A DNA stretch of 40,965 nt, taken from IMG/VR virus record IMGVR_UViG_3300030105_001413, positions 1-40,965 of that record. One strand, written 5' to 3'. The notes under the pieces were generated by a model, which saw only the letters and a program-made list of their open reading frames with translations, did no database searches and had not been told where the DNA came from. Both the position numbers and the translations under genes were made by a program. Positions 35,459 through 40,965 of this stretch are shown here, in pieces. This stretch comes from a virus. Taxonomy: Duplodnaviria > Caudoviricetes. How positions within the stretch are numbered: position 1 is the stretch's first letter; each line of letters starts with the position of its first letter.

Positions 35459-36276
35459 AGGCTCTGATTGATGCTGACATCCTTAGATACGAATGCGCCT
35501 ACGCTGCCTCGTCCAGCTATAAGTACGCCACTGAGAATGATGACCAGCCACCTTACGATTGGGTCGATAGTATTCTGAATAAGAGGATCGATTCAATTCT
35601 AAGACATACGGGGAGTGATGACTATACCTTGTACCTGACAGAAGGGAGGACATTCAGGTACGACTTAGCAGTCACTTCTCCGTACAAGGCGAACCGGACA
35701 GCGGCTAAACCATGGCACTTCAATAACTTGACAGCCGTTATGACAAACGCACATCCACACAGAATAGCTAACTATGTCGAAGCTGATGATGCGCTTGTTA
35801 TAGATCATATGAAGGAATTAGATGACACTATAATCTGCTCAAGAGATAAGGATCTTAGGCAGTCTCCAGGAAACATCTACTCATGGGAGATGGCTCTACA
35901 GCCATCCTTTGGACCTTTCTTCAACACTGACAATCTAGGATGGCTTAAACTGTCCCGTAGTGGTGGGACTGTCATAGGGCGCGGATATGTCTTCTTCTGC
36001 GCTCAAGTTATAATGGGTGACAGAGCTGACAACATAAATGGAATTATAGGAGCGGGTGCAGGAAGGGCATTTAAGATCCTGTCTCCCATACTTAGTGACA
36101 ATGACATTGAAAACAAAGAAGAAGCTATGTGGTCTGCTGTTGAGAGATTATATGAGGAAAACTATGAGGAAGGGTGGGAGACTGTCCTCACTGAGATGGC
36201 ACAGTTGCTCTGGATTGTCAGACGACTGAACGAAGATGGTAGCCCACAGTTGTGGGAGAAAGGTTTGACATCATGA
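35455..36276 (+). CDS. 5'-3' exonuclease (T7 gp6-like)
   Basis: LIDAD, YKANR, EADD, SRDKDL and GDRADNI.GI.G.G motifs. Confidence 0.9.
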   Translation: MKALIDADILRYECAYAASSSYKYATENDDQPPYDWVDSILNKRIDSILRHTGSDDYTLYLTEGRTFRYDLAVTSPYKANRTAAKPWHFNNLTAVMTNAHPHRIANYVEADDALVIDHMKELDDTIICSRDKDLRQSPGNIYSWEMALQPSFGPFFNTDNLGWLKLSRSGGTVIGRGYVFFCAQVIMGDRADNINGIIGAGAGRAFKILSPILSDNDIENKEEAMWSAVERLYEENYEEGWETVLTEMAQLLWIVRRLNEDGSPQLWEKGLTS

Positions 36277-36512
36277 TTGATTGGTTCGCTGTCGTAATTG
36301 TGTTTGCATTCGAACAAGGACCGGGGGTAAATACAACACCGTTATATTTTGGTAAGGATATTTCTGAATGTGAGGTAGCAGCCGACAGTTTTAACATCAC
36401 ATACCAAGAGTTCCAGTACAAGAAAGCGGTGTGTTTGAAAGTTGGAACTGTGTATGACCCTAATAGAGACCAAACCCCTCTTCAGCAAGGAGTGAGGTAT
36501 GAAGGCTGGTAA
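36273..36512 (+). CDS. Hypothetical protein (hydrophobic N-terminus, two Cys)
   Basis: ATGA overlap with the exonuclease stop. Confidence 0.6.
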   Translation: MIDWFAVVIVFAFEQGPGVNTTPLYFGKDISECEVAADSFNITYQEFQYKKAVCLKVGTVYDPNRDQTPLQQGVRYEGW

Positions 36513-36879
36513 GCCTTACAATGGAGGTCAGTGGACTGAAGCTAGGTACAAAGCATTTATTAAGGCTGGTCTTCGCTCACTAACCAACCGCTGGGGGCCA
36601 AAGAGCGCCTGTGTCAAAGATGCGTGGCTCGAACGGGGTGTGTACAAGTGCGCTGGGTACAAGAGACGATGGCACAAAGTTCCTGTCTCAATTAAAGTGG
36701 GCAAGAAACGTATGCGTAACATCGCTGTTGACCACATTGAACCAGTCGTCAACCCTACTACTGGGTTTGTTAGTTGGGATGATTTTATTAAAAGGTTGTT
36801 TGTTGAGATAGATGATCTCCAACTTTTATGTAAATCGTGCCATGACGCAAAGACATCAGATGAAAGGAAACTCAGATGA
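36499..36879 (+). CDS. HNH endonuclease
   Basis: VDHIEPV...LQLLCKSCHDAKT. Confidence 0.9.
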   Translation: MKAGKPYNGGQWTEARYKAFIKAGLRSLTNRWGPKSACVKDAWLERGVYKCAGYKRRWHKVPVSIKVGKKRMRNIAVDHIEPVVNPTTGFVSWDDFIKRLFVEIDDLQLLCKSCHDAKTSDERKLR

Positions 36880-37109
36880 CCGACTGGGAGTCGGAAAACA
36901 TTGACATAGCAAACAGTATGTATGAAGTTCTAGAGGATTATTTTTATAATCCAGAACCAACGGAAGAGGACCTATATAACATGCAACATGATATTCTCTA
37001 CATCTTCAACACCGCGCACACAGTTGTTCAAGAAGATGTACGCCGTGTCTTCATTGAAATGGTAGAGAAGAGTTGGCCTGGGTTTACCCTTAACCTTTTT
37101 GGACATTGA
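36876..37109 (+). CDS. Hypothetical acidic protein
   Basis: 77 aa; overlaps both neighbours. Confidence 0.65.
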   Translation: MTDWESENIDIANSMYEVLEDYFYNPEPTEEDLYNMQHDILYIFNTAHTVVQEDVRRVFIEMVEKSWPGFTLNLFGH

Positions 37110-37111
37110 AC

Positions 37112-37876
37112 ATGAACAAGCCTAACATCCTTCTTGTTGACATTGAAACTGCTCCACTAAAAGCATACACGTGGGGCATATGGCAACAGAATATCAGCAT
37201 CAACCAGATACGTGAGCCTGGGTACACACTGTGCTGGGCAGCGAAGTGGCTAAGTGAGAAGAGCATGATGTTCTCATCTACTCACGGTGATGGAAAGAAG
37301 AAAATGATCCGTCAGATTCATCAGCTTGTTGATAGAGCGGATGTAGTGGTCCACTATAACGGCACTAAATTTGACATGCCTATCTTGAACCAAGAATTTC
37401 TTCAACAGAAACTCGGACCTCCCTCACCTCACATAGATATTGATCTCTTACGCACCGTTAAAAAGAGGTTCAGACTGCCTTCCAATAAACTTGATTACGT
37501 CGCGCGAGTTCTCAAGCGTGAAGGTAAACTCAAGAATATGGGCATGGAGCTTTGGACACAATGTATGGCAGGAGATGACGCAGCTTGGGTTGAGATGGAA
37601 AAATACAACAGGCAGGACGTCACACTATTAGAAGAGGTTTACCAAGACCTTCTCCCATGGATCAGTAATCATCCTAACGTATCCCTTTGGGATGTTGAAA
37701 AAGAATACAGACAATGCCCACATTGTGGGTCTTCAAGTGTACAGAAACGTGGTATGTCGTACACGAAGACAATGGTGTATCAACGTTTTCACTGTCAAGC
37801 TTGTGGCGCGTGGTCTCGGTCCAGGAATAATGACCTCAGTCGTGAAAAGAAAGCCAGCATATTGGTTGGTAGTTGA
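37112..37876 (+). CDS. RNase H-fold (DnaQ-like) exonuclease with C-terminal Zn ribbon
   Basis: DIET, HYNG..FD, SNKLD, YN.QDV; CPHC...CQAC. Confidence 0.85.
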   Translation: MNKPNILLVDIETAPLKAYTWGIWQQNISINQIREPGYTLCWAAKWLSEKSMMFSSTHGDGKKKMIRQIHQLVDRADVVVHYNGTKFDMPILNQEFLQQKLGPPSPHIDIDLLRTVKKRFRLPSNKLDYVARVLKREGKLKNMGMELWTQCMAGDDAAWVEMEKYNRQDVTLLEEVYQDLLPWISNHPNVSLWDVEKEYRQCPHCGSSSVQKRGMSYTKTMVYQRFHCQACGAWSRSRNNDLSREKKASILVGS

Positions 37877-38223
37877 TGAATAATCCAGTTGAGCCCGACC
37901 ACTACAAGATAGGTGGTATAGAGACCATAGATATCATTGCTTCTAAATTAACCCATGAGGGGTTCAAAGGGTACATGAAAGGTAACATCCTTAAATATAT
38001 AATTCGATACGAGAACAAAGGAGGCTCTGAAGACTTGAGAAAGGCGGCTTGGTATCTGGACAAACTTACTAACATAGAAGAAAGTGAAGAGAAGAAAGAA
38101 AGTCACGATGTAGATGCTGTGAAAAATAGTAAATATAAACCTAAACATGATGTACCTCGTCTCCCAGAAGGAGCGAACTCTTACAGACCTTTTGATGAAA
38201 TTGATGACACACCTGAATGCTAA
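37876..38223 (+). CDS. DUF3310 / T7 gp1.7-like protein
   Basis: V.P.HY..GGIE.ID...GNILKY..RY..KGG.EDL.KA.WYL. Confidence 0.85.
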   Translation: MNNPVEPDHYKIGGIETIDIIASKLTHEGFKGYMKGNILKYIIRYENKGGSEDLRKAAWYLDKLTNIEESEEKKESHDVDAVKNSKYKPKHDVPRLPEGANSYRPFDEIDDTPEC

Positions 38224-38237
38224 GTAAGGAGGAATAA

Positions 38238-38648
38238 ATGTTAGCACTAATACCTTTACTCTTGCCCCTTATCACTGACATCATGGGGAAAGTCATCCCT
38301 GACGTTGATGCTCGTGACAAGGCAGTTAAGGAAATTGAACTCGCTACAGTATCAGTGATTACGCAGATGAACGAAGCCCAAGTGGAGCTTAATTCTCAGG
38401 AGGCAAAACATAAATCAATCTTTGTTGCAGGCTGGCGACCCTGGATTGGGTGGGTTTTGGGCGCTGCATTGGCATATCAATTCCTTGTATCTCCATTGAT
38501 CCTATGGAGCACTGGAATTGCAGGAGTTATCATTCCTCCGCCTCCCAGTCTTGATGCAAATTTGTGGGAGATCCTGGCAGGTATGCTAGGAATGGCAGGG
38601 CTACGATCTTTTGATAAGCTGAAAGGGATCGACACCAACAGTTTGTAA
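38238..38648 (+). CDS. Holin of 3TM (GTA-release type)
   Basis: EAKHKSIFVAGWRPWIGW...GMLGMAGLRSFDK; AAGGAGG RBS. Confidence 0.85.
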   Translation: MLALIPLLLPLITDIMGKVIPDVDARDKAVKEIELATVSVITQMNEAQVELNSQEAKHKSIFVAGWRPWIGWVLGAALAYQFLVSPLILWSTGIAGVIIPPPPSLDANLWEILAGMLGMAGLRSFDKLKGIDTNSL

Positions 38649-38654
38649 ACTAAG

Positions 38655-38698
38655 AAACCCACCTTCCGGAACCCTGATGGGAACTAGAAGGTGGGTTT
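38655..38698. terminator. Bidirectional terminator between converging operons
   Basis: Perfect 12-bp stem AAACCCACCTTC/GAAGGTGGGTTT with a 20-nt loop. Confidence 0.85.
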
Positions 38699-38725
38699 TA
38701 TAACAAAGTTGATGAGCTTCGAACA

Positions 38726-38968
38726 CTACTTGCTTCTAATGTATTTAATAAATTTTGGTAGATCAATTCCTAGCCTAACTAAAACAGCCAAAGCCGATAG
38801 TATTAAGAACCAATGGTCTCCAATTGTTAACCACTCTATAACTCCATAGCTATAGGTCCAATCTGGACAGACAGGTTGGGATGAGATTACGGCAGCATTA
38901 ACACCTACTGCGCTGTATGTCATTGTACTGCCGTATGAAGCTTCAATTCCCGCCAGAATGTTTTTCAT
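38726..38968 (-). CDS. Small membrane protein
   Basis: WFLILSALAVLV TM segment, basic C-terminus; start uncertain (38983/38968/38923). Confidence 0.55.
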   Translation of the reverse strand: MKNILAGIEASYGSTMTYSAVGVNAAVISSQPVCPDWTYSYGVIEWLTIGDHWFLILSALAVLVRLGIDLPKFIKYIRSK

Positions 38969-39641
38969 GCCTTCTAGGTCCAACTGTTAAGAATTTAATT
39001 TCGCTAGGGCAATGGTCTGGTTGGATTAATTCGATACCTACAGCGAAGGCTCCAATACTGGAATACACTCCCTCTGTCAAAATCCCGATTACTTCACCAC
39101 TAGATACACTAATAACAGGAGACCCTGAAGCCCCAGGGCCTGCCGCTAAGTCAACAACACCGTCAGCTCCACTCATTGATGCGCGGCTTTCTTCCAACGT
39201 TGCTAAGTAACCCATTCCAAAGAAACGTTTTAGAGGAGAAGGATACCCCATATATGCAACTGGCATACCGACGTAAATCTCCTCGTTACATGCCAGATCA
39301 AGCGGGACAACGCCTTGCATTGACCTGTACGTTGTAGCAATAGCCCAATCCTTTGCAGATCCTTCCTGTGTCGGCTTGTCCCCAACACCAACCTCCACTG
39401 AAGAGATCTCAACCCAGTAGTTTAGTGATGACATATAGGACTTACTGAATGTCGCGCAGTGACCGGCACTCATAAACTTGGTTGGACCAACTGCGAATGC
39501 GGTGCAATGGGCCTTTCCTCGTGTAGTGGTGTATTCAACCACAGCAGCCGAGAGCAACTCAGCAGCTTCCCTTGAAGTGAGGTCCGCCCTGGCCGTTGAG
39601 GTGATAGATAAAAACAATATAAGAGACAACAGCCATCGCAT
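38943..39641 (-). CDS. Secreted trypsin-like serine protease
   Basis: Signal peptide MRWLLSLILFLSITSTARA; triad SAGHC / DWA / GASGSPV. Confidence 0.85.
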   Translation of the reverse strand: MRWLLSLILFLSITSTARADLTSREAAELLSAAVVEYTTTRGKAHCTAFAVGPTKFMSAGHCATFSKSYMSSLNYWVEISSVEVGVGDKPTQEGSAKDWAIATTYRSMQGVVPLDLACNEEIYVGMPVAYMGYPSPLKRFFGMGYLATLEESRASMSGADGVVDLAAGPGASGSPVISVSSGEVIGILTEGVYSSIGAFAVGIELIQPDHCPSEIKFLTVGPRRHEKHSGGN

Positions 39642-39662
39642 AATTCTTTCCTTACTAAACAG

Positions 39663-39947
39663 TTACCATTTTTCTTTGTCAGCCCAATAAGCCCCTGACA
39701 TCTTGCCTTTTGCAATGTTTTTCCCATGCCTGGCTTTAAAAGATTCTCGCTTGGCAGTCATTTTTGCAGACTCTCCAGCTTTCGGCTTACCTGCTGTGGA
39801 TGCGCCCTGCTCTCCAAACCTGATTGTTTTAATTGTATCGCCTTGCTTGGCAACCACGACGTGTGATTTGGTTGCGTGGCCAGGCGTCCGTTTAGGTTTA
39901 TTGAAGCCGCTGACTCCGGCCCTTTCCAATCTTGGGTCTTTTGCCAT
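39663..39947 (-). CDS. Conserved basic viral protein (IRFG...FKARH...AYWA..KW)
   Basis: 94 aa, Lys-rich; AAGGA RBS; motif recalled from aquatic phage proteins. Confidence 0.8.
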   Translation of the reverse strand: MAKDPRLERAGVSGFNKPKRTPGHATKSHVVVAKQGDTIKTIRFGEQGASTAGKPKAGESAKMTAKRESFKARHGKNIAKGKMSGAYWADKEKW

Positions 39948-39998
39948 GGTCCGTCCTTTTAATTGATGGTTACGTCAGGGTTTTTAACAGATGTTACA

Positions 39999-40157
39999 TT
40001 ATAGATCCCACATCACAAACATGGCAGGCTCATCTTGACACTGACCGCACAGAACAATCCCGTCCTCATATATTGACCAGTCTGTTGAATCACATTCTGA
40101 ACATTTCAATTGAGAAGGTACAAGAGGTACACTTGGGAATATATAAACTTCACCCAT
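39999..40157 (-). CDS. Small Zn-ribbon protein (52 aa; CSEC...CGQC)
   Basis: Hand translation MGEVYIFPSVPLVPSQLKCSECDSTDWSIYEDGIVLCGQCQDEPAMFVMWDL; fills the gap; below the track cutoff. Confidence 0.7.
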   Translation of the reverse strand: MGEVYIFPSVPLVPSQLKCSECDSTDWSIYEDGIVLCGQCQDEPAMFVMWDL

Positions 40158-40165
40158 TAGGTTTC

Positions 40166-40552
40166 TCAGTTGCTCTCATTAGGAAATCTAGCGTCGATAG
40201 CTTCGATCTTATCTGTCAATGATTGGAACTCCTGGGTCTTAGGTGTTCCCACAATCTCTTTCACCTCGCGGATCAGATCGACAAGCGCGTCCTCTCCAAG
40301 CTCTTCCTTGTAAGCCTTCACCCTCTTCTCGTGGGGCGTCGGCAGGACATCGACGATTGGATCGCTGACCAATCCACCTCGCTCTGCCTTGAAGTCCCGT
40401 ATGCCGCCCTCGGGTGCTTCAGAAGCGAAGGCGTCGGGGTAGCTATCCGCGACCTTGGCAACGTGTGCGAGTGCCTCTGTCTCTGTTGCGAAGTCTAGGA
40501 ATTTCGTGATCCTGCCTTCGTCGTCCTGTTTAACCACTGCGATCCAAGCCAT
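40166..40552 (-). CDS. Putative tail-fibre assembly/chaperone protein
   Basis: Directly after the fibre stop; C-terminal R..AY...I.AI.ARFP pattern. Confidence 0.65.
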   Translation of the reverse strand: MAWIAVVKQDDEGRITKFLDFATETEALAHVAKVADSYPDAFASEAPEGGIRDFKAERGGLVSDPIVDVLPTPHEKRVKAYKEELGEDALVDLIREVKEIVGTPKTQEFQSLTDKIEAIDARFPNESN

Positions 40553-40557
40553 GATGC

Positions 40558-40965
40558 CTAGCTCCCGTATAAGATGTTAACTGATCCAGCATCGAACGTG
40601 TCGCTGCCGTTCTCCGTCGTGAGCCTGACCCTATCCAGCTCGGCAGACAGTGCTTTACCGCCAGCAGAAAACGTAAGGTAGGAGCCGTGGGCGATGGTAC
40701 TAGTCATGGACCAGGTGAACGTCGAAGAGTTCAAAAGGGTCAGGATGACGGAGCCATACAGCGCGGTGCCCGCCGCCTGGAGGTTGTCTAGAATGAACCC
40801 CGCAGACATGTCCACGCCGCCAGACTGAGTGGAATCTACATTGGCCCCAGTGTAGCCGGACGTCTCAACGCCACCTGAGTCGCCGATCTGGATGATGGCA
40901 TCGCTCGACCCGTTAGTGGAAACGCCGCTGAAGTTAATCGTAATGACCTTAGTCCCAGCCGGGAT
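40558..40965 (-). CDS. Tail fibre protein, C-terminal part; runs off window end
   Basis: Open from 40965: IPAGTKVITINFSGVSTNGSSDAIIQIGDSGGVETSGY...LDRVRLTTENGSDTFDAGSVNILYGS, a common distal fibre domain. Confidence 0.85.
   Translation of the reverse strand: MPAGTKVITINFSGVSTNGSSDAIIQIGDSGGVETSGYTGANVDSTQSGGVDMSAGFILDNLQAAGTALYGSVILTLLNSSTFTWSMTSTIAHGSYLTFSAGGKALSAELDRVRLTTENGSDTFDAGSVNILYGS

Noticed and set aside
1-40965. Diversity-generating retroelement, expected from the BPP-1-like structural module
   Set aside because: No reverse transcriptase ORF; the repeats found do not show adenine-specific mismatches.
1-40965. Stop-codon reassignment, introns or inteins
   Set aside because: TerL, portal, capsid, NrdJ, helicase and PolA are uninterrupted and of normal length in the standard code.
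1-40965. Prophage / temperate lifestyle
   Set aside because: No integrase, repressor pair, partition genes or flanking host genes recognised.

Overview
The window is a nearly complete ~41 kb genome of a lytic podovirus (Caudoviricetes), circularly permuted inside its tail-fibre gene. It is probably aquatic and alphaproteobacterial-infecting (inference from the class II NrdJ+TSCPD, GTA-type 3TM holin and UV-repair glycosylase). The minus strand (about 22993->1, continuing 40965->38726) carries a BPP-1/T7-like morphogenesis operon: a small basic peptide, a 1013-aa muramidase-containing protein, terminases, portal, scaffold, capsid, tail tube A/B, internal virion proteins, tail fibre and a secreted trypsin-like protease. 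The plus strand (23688->38648) carries early genes (short C5 methyltransferase, Gp88-like protein, acidic small proteins) and a T7-like replication module without RNA polymerase but with a phage ECF-like sigma factor. The two arms diverge from a palindrome-rich gap (23100-23680, likely the physical termini) and converge on a bidirectional terminator (38655-38698). I found no integrase, tRNA, CRISPR or DGR. Most notable observations: (1) a bipartite motif GTCACAAAA-N13-GGTAGTA that occurs in front of the late operon and also antisense over a structured AT-rich gap; (2) a PolA with coupled steric-gate E->Q and motif-B Y->F substitutions; (3) a 65-bp repeat (AASSxVEGVQVA) bracketing the pesticin-like muramidase; (4) an out-of-frame second copy of the NrdJ C-terminal tail; (5) a split ART-like domain in the giant internal protein; (6) no standalone endolysin. 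All family assignments are from motif recognition by eye, not from database searches.
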